64,000 nucleotides of DNA from positions 256,001-320,000 of the forward strand of contig JAVZCZ010000001.1 of the NCBI GenBank assembly GCA_038874135.1. Reading direction: 5' to 3'. This DNA is from Candidatus Woesearchaeota archaeon. GTDB taxonomy: Archaea; Nanobdellota; Nanobdellia; Woesearchaeales; 0-14-0-80-44-23. The notes under the pieces were generated by a model. The model made no database searches and was not told where the DNA came from. It saw only the letters and a list, made by a program, of their open reading frames with translations. Shown here piece by piece: positions 48,592-57,077 of this stretch (positions within the stretch are counted from its first letter, which is position 1; every line of letters begins with the position of its first letter). The translations under genes and the position numbers were made by a program.

Positions 48592-50397
48592 ATGAAATTT
48601 AAAAGATCTCCAAAAGTATATCAAAATTATAAGTGTGACAATCCTAAGAATACAATAAGAAAAATTGATAGTGGCTTTAGAAGAGTTGGTCTTGCGGTAG
48701 TGTACAGATGTAAAGAAATTAAATTAAAAAATTTAAATTATTTCACGGGTAGTGTGAGGCTTCCTTACTTAAATCTTACAAGTAATGGGAAAGGCTGGAA
48801 TTATTATTTAAGCAAAGCCAGTGCATGTGGAGAAGCTGTTGAACGATTTTCAGCTGAGATGCATTCTCCTGCATCTTATCTATTTATGAAGAGTATTATA
48901 AAAAATTTCTGGGCAGATGATATTAAATATTATTCTTCTTTTTATTTTAAATCTTTTACAAAAAATAAAGGGAATAGTAATAAAGCAAGTTATACAAATG
49001 ATAAAGTCACTAATAATTGGTTGAGAGAAATTAAAAAACAGATGAACAGTGTGAGAAGGAATAGTAAAAATGTTTATGCATTCTCTCTAATTCATAAAAA
49101 ATATATAAGAATTCCTGCAACAAAGGTTAAATTATTATCATTTTCGAATGGGCTAGCTGCTGGCAATACCCTAGAAGAAGCAATTGTTCAGGGAGCTAAT
49201 GAAATTTTTGAAAGATATATTTTAGCAAGAGTTATTAATAATAAAAAGAAGATATGGCCAACGATTGATAAAACCAGTATAAAAAGTAAGAGGATAATTA
49301 ATTTTATTAAGTTATTTGAAAGTAACAATTTTGACATAATTTTAAAAGATTTTTCATTGAATGGCGAATTTCCCTGTTATGGTGTATTATTTGTTAATAA
49401 CAATTTAAAGAATACAAAAAATAAAATAAAAAAAAGGTATTTTTTTAGAAGAGTAAGAATTGCATCAGATTTTAATCCTGAGATTGCTATTCTAAGATGC
49501 TTTATGGAAGAATTACAAGGTAAAGATTTAAAAGATCTAAAAAAACATAAATATTTAGACTCAATTTGGGAGTTGGGCCTAAAGGAAAATTTAAAGTTTG
49601 TATTCAATACGGATCTATCAAACTTAAGATATTACCATTATCCTAAGAGTTTAAGACATCTAGAAGAAGGTAAAATAGAAAAGTTTGACCATTTAAAAAA
49701 TAAGAAATTTAGTGATTTCTATGATGAACTAGAAGAAATTAAAAAAATAATAGAAAAACAGAAAAGAGATATCTTAATTATCGATTATACCCATCCGAAA
49801 ATAAGGTTTCCTGTTGTGCGAGTAATAATTCCAGGCATGTCAGATATGGTAAATTTGTTTTCATCAATTAGACTAACAAAAGCATCAGATGAAGAGATAT
49901 ATTCTCTAATGTATCCTTATTTTAAGTATATGAAAAGATTTATTTTAAATAATATGTGGGTCAAATCACAAGAAGGAGTTAAAGAGTTTGTTGAAGCGCT
50001 CAGATCATATATTTCAAATTATCCGCTTATGGAAGAGATTCCAACTCCGGTTTTCCCATTAAAAGAAAATTCAGTTTATATGCTAATGCTATTTTCCTAT
50101 TTGCGAATAAGAAAGTATGAATCAGCTCTTAATTATCTAAAAACAATAATAAAAATTTATCCAAAAAACAAAAAACTTTTTGATAAACTGTACCGATATT
50201 TAAAAAGTGTAAAAAAAGATAATATAAACTATGAGAGAATTAAAGTAATGGTTAAAGATCTACCATTTCAGGAAAAAGTTATACTTTTAGAACCACATAG
50301 AAACCCATTAGACCCAAATTTTTTCCTAAGTAAAGAAAATGAATTTTTTACTAAATTAGTTTTGATTAGAGCAATGAAATCTTTTGAGGGGTCATAA
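48592..50397 (+). CDS. YcaO-family protein with helical (TPR-like) C-terminal extension
   Basis: NGKG...ASACGEAVERF, SNGLAAGNTLEEAIVQGANEIFER, RCFMEELQG, PVVRVIIPGM. Confidence 0.9.
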   Translation: MKFKRSPKVYQNYKCDNPKNTIRKIDSGFRRVGLAVVYRCKEIKLKNLNYFTGSVRLPYLNLTSNGKGWNYYLSKASACGEAVERFSAEMHSPASYLFMKSIIKNFWADDIKYYSSFYFKSFTKNKGNSNKASYTNDKVTNNWLREIKKQMNSVRRNSKNVYAFSLIHKKYIRIPATKVKLLSFSNGLAAGNTLEEAIVQGANEIFERYILARVINNKKKIWPTIDKTSIKSKRIINFIKLFESNNFDIILKDFSLNGEFPCYGVLFVNNNLKNTKNKIKKRYFFRRVRIASDFNPEIAILRCFMEELQGKDLKDLKKHKYLDSIWELGLKENLKFVFNTDLSNLRYYHYPKSLRHLEEGKIEKFDHLKNKKFSDFYDELEEIKKIIEKQKRDILIIDYTHPKIRFPVVRVIIPGMSDMVNLFSSIRLTKASDEEIYSLMYPYFKYMKRFILNNMWVKSQEGVKEFVEALRSYISNYPLMEEIPTPVFPLKENSVYMLMLFSYLRIRKYESALNYLKTIIKIYPKNKKLFDKLYRYLKSVKKDNINYERIKVMVKDLPFQEKVILLEPHRNPLDPNFFLSKENEFFTKLVLIRAMKSFEGS

Positions 50398-50474
50398 AAA
50401 GGGAATGGCTGAATTAGAGATAAATAAAGCAAAGATTACCAGAAAGACCTGTGAACTAAAAATGCATGAAATTT

Positions 50475-50489
50475 AGAAACCTTTTTAAA
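50475..50489 (+). promoter_or_regulatory. Putative BRE/TATA of rps7
   Basis: AGAAACC-TTTTTAAA about 50 nt upstream of ATG 50539; GAAGGGG SD-like element before the start. Confidence 0.45.
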
Positions 50490-50538
50490 CCCTTCCCTTT
50501 ACTCCCTTGTGAGGTAAAGATTTTGAAGGGGAATTTAA

Positions 50539-51141
50539 ATGGTTGAAATAAAGGCTTTTAACAGGTGGAGCACGCAGGGCATCGTAGTTAGTGATCCTGG
50601 CTTGAAGGATTATATTACTCTTGAGCCCAAGATTGCTCCTAGGAGTAACGGCACATATGCTGGAAACAAGTTTTACAAGTCTAAGATTTTTATTGTTGAG
50701 CGCCTTATGAATAAGCTGATGGTTGCTGGGCATAGGGCTAAGAAGCACACTTTTACTTCTTCCCTGCTTACTGGGAAGAGCCAGAGCGCTTACAAGCTTA
50801 CTGAGAGAGCTTTAGAGATTATTGAGCAGAAGACCAAGAAGAATCCCATTCAGGTTTTGGTTACTGCTATTGAGAACGCTGCTCCCCGTGAGGGCATAGT
50901 TTCTATAGAGTATGGAGGTGCCAGGTATCCTAAGGCAGTGGATGTGAGTCCTCAGCGCAGGATTGACTTAGCGCTTAGGCTTATGGTGCAGGGTGCTTAT
51001 GCTAAGACTTTTAACAATCCTAAGAAGAAGTTTGAGGAGATGCTTGCTGCTGAGATAATAGACGCTTATAATCTCAGTCCGAACTCAAATGCGATATCTA
51101 AGAAGCTTATGACTGAGAGGCAGGCTGAAGCTTCAAGGTAA
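50539..51141 (+). CDS. rps7: 30S ribosomal protein S7 (archaeal type)
   Basis: FNRWS...DPGLKDYI, IVERLMNKLM, NPIQVLVTAIENAAPRE, AVDVSPQRRIDLALR, ERQAEASR. Confidence 0.97.
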   Translation: MVEIKAFNRWSTQGIVVSDPGLKDYITLEPKIAPRSNGTYAGNKFYKSKIFIVERLMNKLMVAGHRAKKHTFTSSLLTGKSQSAYKLTERALEIIEQKTKKNPIQVLVTAIENAAPREGIVSIEYGGARYPKAVDVSPQRRIDLALRLMVQGAYAKTFNNPKKKFEEMLAAEIIDAYNLSPNSNAISKKLMTERQAEASR

Positions 51142-51157
51142 TTTGGGATGTTTTCTT

Positions 51158-52051
51158 TCATTTTTTTAAGTTCTTAATTGATTTAATCTGATGCCAGAGT
51201 ACATCTTCCGATTTTCTGGTTGTATAGTCTATAAATCCTAGTGCTCGCGATATAATCCCTAAGAATATTATGCCTAATATTTGGGGAATATTTCGGATTG
51301 TTATATTCTGTGACATTGTTTTTAGAATACTCCAACTTTTTAAGGTTGCCGCATTGTATTTATATCTCTTGGCTAGGATTAGATGCCCGCAGTAGTTTCT
51401 CTTCTGCTGGTTTATGAAATCAGCTATTGTTTCAGGTGACTTGTTATAAACAATTGCTTCTGGTTCATATTTTAGGAGTAGTCTCTTTTGTTGGATTAAT
51501 CGTGCAATTTCTTCTTCGTCAACTGTTGTTGGTCTTATTCTTTTTATTAGGTTGTTTCTAAACGCTATCATTTCTCCAAATTTTGGCTGTTTTAGGGATA
51601 GCTCGTGATGTATTTTGTATATGAGGTGTGCTGTGAATCCGAAGAATGTGTTTTTTTTATTTAGAGGGATTATTCTTGAGGCTACGGCGCCCACTTTATT
51701 GTTTTTGAAGTTTCTTGCCAGTTTTTCGTATGCGTCTCTTTTCGGGATTGTGTCTGCACTTTCCATTATTAGAACGGGGCTTTTTGCGATTTTTAGGAAT
51801 AGGTTTATTGCATAATATTTTCCCTTGCGCGACTTGAAGGTTATAAGCTTGAGTTTGTCTTTCAGAATTTTGTGTGCTATTGCTTTTTTTACTTCTCTTT
51901 CCGTGTTGTCTGTGCTCCCGTCATTTATTACTATGACCTCTTTTATTTCTGCTGTTTTAAGCTTCTGTTTTGCTATCTCGCTTAGAAGGATGTATATGTT
52001 TTGTTCTTCGTTGTAGGCTGGTACCAGCACGCTTATTTTTATCTTCTTCAC
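51158..52051 (-). CDS. GT2 glycosyltransferase
   Basis: VPAYNEE, INDGSTD, GK..A.N, SAD, GEMIAFR, YEPEA. Confidence 0.88.
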   Translation of the reverse strand: MKKIKISVLVPAYNEEQNIYILLSEIAKQKLKTAEIKEVIVINDGSTDNTEREVKKAIAHKILKDKLKLITFKSRKGKYYAINLFLKIAKSPVLIMESADTIPKRDAYEKLARNFKNNKVGAVASRIIPLNKKNTFFGFTAHLIYKIHHELSLKQPKFGEMIAFRNNLIKRIRPTTVDEEEIARLIQQKRLLLKYEPEAIVYNKSPETIADFINQQKRNYCGHLILAKRYKYNAATLKSWSILKTMSQNITIRNIPQILGIIFLGIISRALGFIDYTTRKSEDVLWHQIKSIKNLKK

Positions 52052-52125
52052 AGAGCTGTGATGCCTTCTTATTTTTTAAAGGTTTTTGAAAAGGCTTTTA
52101 AATATTGGATTCGCTTTTTTAGAAT

Positions 52126-52539
52126 ATGAATGGGTTTGAGATTTTTTTAGTAAAAGGTAAGAGTATGCGTCCCTTATTAAGAGAGGGTGATAGTTGTATT
52201 GTTGTGAAAGATAAGAATTATGGTCTTTTTGATGTGGTGGCATTTCGGAGGAAAGGAAAGGTTATTATTCACAGAATTGTAAAATTTCGCAGGGACGGCA
52301 GGGTTACTACTCACGGGGATAATTCAGCAAGTTTTTTTAGAGCACTTGCCTCTTTTGAAGTTATTAGAAGGAAGGATATTATTGGGAGAGTTGTCTGCAT
52401 TGTAAGGTCTAGAAGGAAGGTTGAAGGGTTTCGTTTGAAGCTTCTTTCGTTTTTCTCACTTGTTTTGGGAATTTTTAGGATGCTTCCGTTTCTTTTTAAA
52501 AGGTATGTTTTTGGCTTTAAGCCTCGTAAGGCTCTTTAA
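52126..52539 (+). CDS. S24/S26-family peptidase lacking an N-terminal anchor
   Basis: VKGKSMRPLLREGD, IIHRIV, HGDN, IIGRV. Confidence 0.85.
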   Translation: MNGFEIFLVKGKSMRPLLREGDSCIVVKDKNYGLFDVVAFRRKGKVIIHRIVKFRRDGRVTTHGDNSASFFRALASFEVIRRKDIIGRVVCIVRSRRKVEGFRLKLLSFFSLVLGIFRMLPFLFKRYVFGFKPRKAL

Positions 52540-54454
52540 GCTCAATTATGCCCGGGTTTTTCTCGTTCCTTATCTTGTTACCATATATGTATATGTACTG
52601 CCAGAATAGTCCCTGCTTCCTTTCAACCTGGACATAAAATCCGCATTCTCTGAATATCTCCTTTATCCTGTTATCATCGGAAAGCCATTCTATGTTTGGG
52701 AGTATCCAGAAGAATTTGTCATATTCTAAGAATACTATCCTGCCGTGCTTTTTGAGTCTGCTGTTTATCTCTTTTAGAACATATTTCAGGTCTTGTATAT
52801 AGCCTAAGGCTGCTACTGATACTGCAGCGTCAATTTTCTTTATTTGGCGGTGTATTGAGTCCTTCTTTTCGTGGAGCACGATTACATGTTCATGTCCAGC
52901 TCTTTTGAGTCTGCCCCGAGTTATTTTTATCTCTCTTTCAGAGATGTCTGTAGCGTATACTCTTCCTTTTTTTGTGACTGCTTCTGCCAGGTGCATTGTA
53001 AGGGTGCCTACTCCGCATCCGAACTCTAGTACTTTTTTATCCTTTATATTCCCTAGAAGTTCTAGTATTTCGTCGCGAACTCCTCTTGGGAGAAAGTAGT
53101 TTTCAGTAAGAAATGCTAGATAAGCAAAGAAGTCGTTTACGAGGATGATTGCCTTAGGGTTGTAATAAAGTTGTAAGAGGAAGTATACTGGAATTCCTGA
53201 GGCTGTGAGTGATATGCCTAGAAGGAATAAGTTTATTGATGAAGGCATGCTTTGCAGCCAGTTCCAGATTATAAATATGAAGAATATGCTTATGAGTATT
53301 GGTCCTATAACTCCGAAAGGGGCTTTGAACTTTCTTTCTAAGAATGGTTTTTTGAATCTCAGTATGGTTACTGCAAGTATTATTGGGATGTACATTATTA
53401 GGGAGAGAGGAACTACTAAGCTTAGGAACACTTGGTATTTTCCCATTCCTATGAAGAGCATTAGTATTCCTACTATTGTTTGAAAGATTATTGCATTGTA
53501 GGGTGTCTTATGTGTGGGGTGTATCTTAACCATTTGGGAAAGGAAGAGTCTGTCTCTGGCGAGAGCGTATATCAATCTGGGTGTGGTGATTATGCCAACT
53601 GCTGCTGAGCCCATCATTGTGAAGTATACTCCCAAGCCTATTATTATTCTGCCAGTTTCTCCAAACAGAGATTCTGCCATCGTTGCTAATGGCGCATTAA
53701 GTCCTGAGAGGAACTGCCAGCCGAACATTCCTAGCGATACGAACGCGAGGAGTAGTCCCATTATTGCCATTGTTGCTGAGCCGAGCACTAATGCCCTGGG
53801 CACAACCCTTTCTGGCTCTTTTGTTTCTTCTGCTAGGAATGTTGCTGCTTCCCATCCAAAGTAGGTTTCTAAGAGGAAGAACATTGTTAGGAATATCGAA
53901 CTGATTGGATGTGTGAAGAATGGGGAGAAGTTGGAGAGTTGAATGCGGAATGCTCCGGGTATTATTACTGCAATTGCTACTGATATTGTTATGGCTGAAA
54001 AGGTTATGAGTGTTACTGAGCTTGCCTCAATGCCGAGGTATGTTATGTAGTTCATGAGCAGAATGAAAAGGATGCTGATTGCCATTCTGATTATGTTGTA
54101 GTAGGGCGTTGTGGGTGATATCAAGTAGTCTAGTGCAACTAGTATGAGCATCGCAAATTCTATGTTTGCAACCAGCCAGACCAGCCATCCTATTATAAAT
54201 GATACTGGTCTTCCGTACGCCTGCTTGCTGTATTCATAGGCGCCTCCGGCTTTAGGGAATAGCGCAACAAGCTCTCCGAAAAGTGAGGATATATATACTG
54301 AGATGAGTCCGAGAATTGCCCAGGCAATTATTGAAAGGTTTCCCGCATAGCCTGCTGCTATTGAGCTTCCGAAGAAGAATCCGCTTCCAACAAGTGAGCC
54401 CAGCACCAGTGCAAATACCTGCCAGAAGCCCAGCTCCTTTTTCAGTTCGCTCAT
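52517..54454 (-). CDS. APC amino acid permease fused to a class I SAM methyltransferase domain
   Basis: LKKELG, GSLVGSG, PKAGGAY, GWE...AEE..EP, PRLIYALARD; C-terminal KVLEFGCGVG...VYATDIS. Confidence 0.85.
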   Translation of the reverse strand: MSELKKELGFWQVFALVLGSLVGSGFFFGSSIAAGYAGNLSIIAWAILGLISVYISSLFGELVALFPKAGGAYEYSKQAYGRPVSFIIGWLVWLVANIEFAMLILVALDYLISPTTPYYNIIRMAISILFILLMNYITYLGIEASSVTLITFSAITISVAIAVIIPGAFRIQLSNFSPFFTHPISSIFLTMFFLLETYFGWEAATFLAEETKEPERVVPRALVLGSATMAIMGLLLAFVSLGMFGWQFLSGLNAPLATMAESLFGETGRIIIGLGVYFTMMGSAAVGIITTPRLIYALARDRLFLSQMVKIHPTHKTPYNAIIFQTIVGILMLFIGMGKYQVFLSLVVPLSLIMYIPIILAVTILRFKKPFLERKFKAPFGVIGPILISIFFIFIIWNWLQSMPSSINLFLLGISLTASGIPVYFLLQLYYNPKAIILVNDFFAYLAFLTENYFLPRGVRDEILELLGNIKDKKVLEFGCGVGTLTMHLAEAVTKKGRVYATDISEREIKITRGRLKRAGHEHVIVLHEKKDSIHRQIKKIDAAVSVAALGYIQDLKYVLKEINSRLKKHGRIVFLEYDKFFWILPNIEWLSDDNRIKEIFRECGFYVQVERKQGLFWQYIYIYGNKIRNEKNPGIIELKEPYEA

Positions 54455-54555
54455 ACTTATTAAACTCCCTTGAAGGTTTAAAAATAGTTGTCTAAACTTT
54501 TAAGTGGTTTAAATTTTAGATTTTTAGTTGTTTATGTCTTCGTTGCGCTTAGAGA

Positions 54556-55266
54556 ATGTTTTTAAATTGTATTGTTTTTTTACTGCTTATGAGAGTCATA
54601 TTTGCTGAGGCGAGGGCTGTTGACAAGATTAAGATTAGAAAAGGGGAAGTGGATAAGCTTCCTAAGAAGGTTGGACTTTTAACTACTGTTCAACTCATAG
54701 GACAGGTTAAGGATGTAAGGCGTAAGATTGAAGATTCTGGCAGAGTTGTGATTTTGGGAAGGGGAGAGCATTCTAAGTATGATGGACAGATTTTGGGGTG
54801 CGATGCTGTTCCTCCTAAAGATGTTGAAGCTTATCTGTATGTGGGTGAGGGACTATTTCACCCGCTGGGAATTGCACTTAAAACTGACAAGCCGGTTTTC
54901 ATACTTGATCCAACAACCGGTAGGCTAAGTAGGCTGAATAGTGAACTTGTTGAGAAGGAAAAAAAGAGGAAGAAGGGCGCCCTGCTGCGCTTCTTAGACG
55001 CCAAAAGTGTAGGAATACTCGTGTCAACAAAGCCGGGTCAGTTGAGGTTAGAGCAGGCATTCTCACTTAAAAAACAGCTTAAGAGCCTCGGAAAGGATGC
55101 TTATGTACTGATATTTGACACTTTAGATCCGTCAGAGCTTGGAAACTTTACATTTATTGAATGCTTTGTTAACCTGGCTTGTCCGAGGATTTCAGAAGAT
55201 GCTGAAAAGCTCGGCAGGCCTGTGGTTAATTATGAAGACATCCTCAGCTATCTCAAATACAAATAA
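54556..55266 (+). CDS. dph2: Diphthamide synthesis Dph1/Dph2-family protein, short form
   Basis: TTVQ, GQILGCD, GLFHPLG, GILVSTKPGQ, LACPRI. Confidence 0.85.
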   Translation: MFLNCIVFLLLMRVIFAEARAVDKIKIRKGEVDKLPKKVGLLTTVQLIGQVKDVRRKIEDSGRVVILGRGEHSKYDGQILGCDAVPPKDVEAYLYVGEGLFHPLGIALKTDKPVFILDPTTGRLSRLNSELVEKEKKRKKGALLRFLDAKSVGILVSTKPGQLRLEQAFSLKKQLKSLGKDAYVLIFDTLDPSELGNFTFIECFVNLACPRISEDAEKLGRPVVNYEDILSYLKYK

Positions 55267-55296
55267 TTTTTAAACTCTTAAACAATTCATAATTGG

Positions 55297-55920
55297 GTGG
55301 TGTTCATGGTTAAGAGTAAGGGAAGTTTAAAAAGGGCTTCAGCCAGAAGATTAGGCAAAGATGTAGAGGTTAAGCGCAGGGTTCTTGCTGTGAATGCAGG
55401 GTTTCTTGTTAGGGGCGTGGCTCTACTTGTGGACTTATTGCTGCTCAGATTTACAATAGCTATTCCATTCGTTAATAAGCTTTTATCCTTTTATGAAATG
55501 GCGGGAATTCCTGTTCATGAGACGAATTCAACCTTGAACTCTTCTGAAATTTTTAATGTCAGCCAAGCATATTTTGAGTCGCATCCCGAAGTTCTAAATC
55601 AGTTCTTCCTATGGCTGTTCGGCATGTTTGCAGCATTCTGGCTGTACTTCTCACTTATGGAGTTCTTTTTTGGACAGACATTTGGTAAGATGCTGATAAA
55701 GCTTGCTGTGATAAAGGATGAAAAGGAAGAGGTTAAAGATGGCAAGTCGCTCAAGCCCAGCATATTTAAATGTCTCTTAAAAAATGTGAGATTCTTGACA
55801 ATTTTTCCATTCTTCTTAATATGGCTTTTTGACCTGCTTTTCCTGCTGTTTAGGAAGGACAGACGGACATTCAGTGAGGTTATTAGCGGTACAAAAACTG
55901 TGCAGTATGTTGAGTATTGA
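55297..55920 (+). CDS. RDD-family membrane protein
   Basis: AGFLVRGVALLVD, GQTFGKM, RRTFSEVISGT. Confidence 0.8.
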   Translation: MVFMVKSKGSLKRASARRLGKDVEVKRRVLAVNAGFLVRGVALLVDLLLLRFTIAIPFVNKLLSFYEMAGIPVHETNSTLNSSEIFNVSQAYFESHPEVLNQFFLWLFGMFAAFWLYFSLMEFFFGQTFGKMLIKLAVIKDEKEEVKDGKSLKPSIFKCLLKNVRFLTIFPFFLIWLFDLLFLLFRKDRRTFSEVISGTKTVQYVEY

Positions 55921-55931
55921 GGTGAGCGTGC

Positions 55932-57077
55932 TTGAATTTCGTCAGACGTGAAGTTCGTGCAGAATTTTTTTGTTTATTCTTCCTTGTTCTTCTTGTTTTA
56001 TTTTCTTTAAGCGGCGAGGCTGCATTCAAGATAAGCTATGAGTGTCTTGCTCCCAACTGTGTAGAAGGCGAAACGATTGTTTGGAAGGTTAACATTTCCA
56101 ATGTTGAAAGAGAGAGCATAAGGGTTTACAAGATTGAGATTAAGAATTTTGACGGTACAATTGCTTCATATTCTGAACCTTTTGAGGTGCCATTCTCCCA
56201 AAGTAGGATTGTTACCTTTTTAGGCAAGGTTCCTGCACCTTATAATTTTACAACTGCGTATTATTATCCATGCTTTACATTTTTTAGGATTGAAAATAAA
56301 ACAGTCATTCCTGACGAGGAAAGGTGCTATAATGTTGTTGAGAACCTTACTGTGATGCCCAGCAGGATTTTGCGTTGCTCTTCTGATGCCGATTGCCCTT
56401 CAGATTCCAGGTGTGAGCAGGGGCTGTGTTTTATGATAAGATGCGAGGGATGCACTCATGCTGAGGAGCACAAGTGTGTAAGTTATGAATGCTGTTCTAA
56501 CGCTGAGTGTGCTTCTCGTATGGTGTGTAAGAATCATTCGTGTTCACTGCTGAACTGCCCAGAGGATTATTACGCTGATGAGCACATCTGTAAGAAGCTT
56601 TCCTGCGGCATTTTTGAGGTTCCTAGGAGGAATGTGTGCGCGCCTAACTATATAATGTATATAAGTGCTGCTGCAGCTTTCTTAATAATTTTGGGAATTT
56701 CTACGATTGTGTTCCTCAAAAACTTCCGTGTTGGCGGAAAGACTTTGTGGAAGAAGATTAATGACAGTAGAGAAGTTAAGAAGTACAGAATGAGAGAGCA
56801 GAGATATCTCAAAGAGGCTGAGATTCATAGAGAGCTTCTTAAATATGAAAAAGGCAGGGAAGAAATTAAGTTTCACACTGCTGAGATGAAGAAGTACGAG
56901 CTGCTGGCATCTAAGGAGAGGAGTAAGTGGGAGAAGATTTTGGGATTGCAGACTTGTCCGGAGTGTCACGCGCAGGTTGATGCTAAGCTTAGGATATGTC
57001 CGAAGTGCGGGGCACGCCTAAAGGACAGGAGCATCCGGGAAGAGGATTTTATTAGGGGAAGCCAGTATGAAAGATAG
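55932..57077 (+). CDS. Membrane protein with Cys-rich extracellular repeats and C-terminal zinc ribbon
   Basis: Signal peptide, CSSDADC/CCSNAEC repeats, TM helix, CPEC...CPKCG. Confidence 0.7.
   Translation: MNFVRREVRAEFFCLFFLVLLVLFSLSGEAAFKISYECLAPNCVEGETIVWKVNISNVERESIRVYKIEIKNFDGTIASYSEPFEVPFSQSRIVTFLGKVPAPYNFTTAYYYPCFTFFRIENKTVIPDEERCYNVVENLTVMPSRILRCSSDADCPSDSRCEQGLCFMIRCEGCTHAEEHKCVSYECCSNAECASRMVCKNHSCSLLNCPEDYYADEHICKKLSCGIFEVPRRNVCAPNYIMYISAAAAFLIILGISTIVFLKNFRVGGKTLWKKINDSREVKKYRMREQRYLKEAEIHRELLKYEKGREEIKFHTAEMKKYELLASKERSKWEKILGLQTCPECHAQVDAKLRICPKCGARLKDRSIREEDFIRGSQYER

Noticed and set aside
50490-50530. Hairpin upstream of rps7 (CCCTTC/GAAGGG, CTTTAC/GTAAAG) as an autoregulatory leader
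   Set aside because: The predicted TATA at 50482-50489 puts the TSS near 50512, so the 5' arm is probably not transcribed; the stems are short
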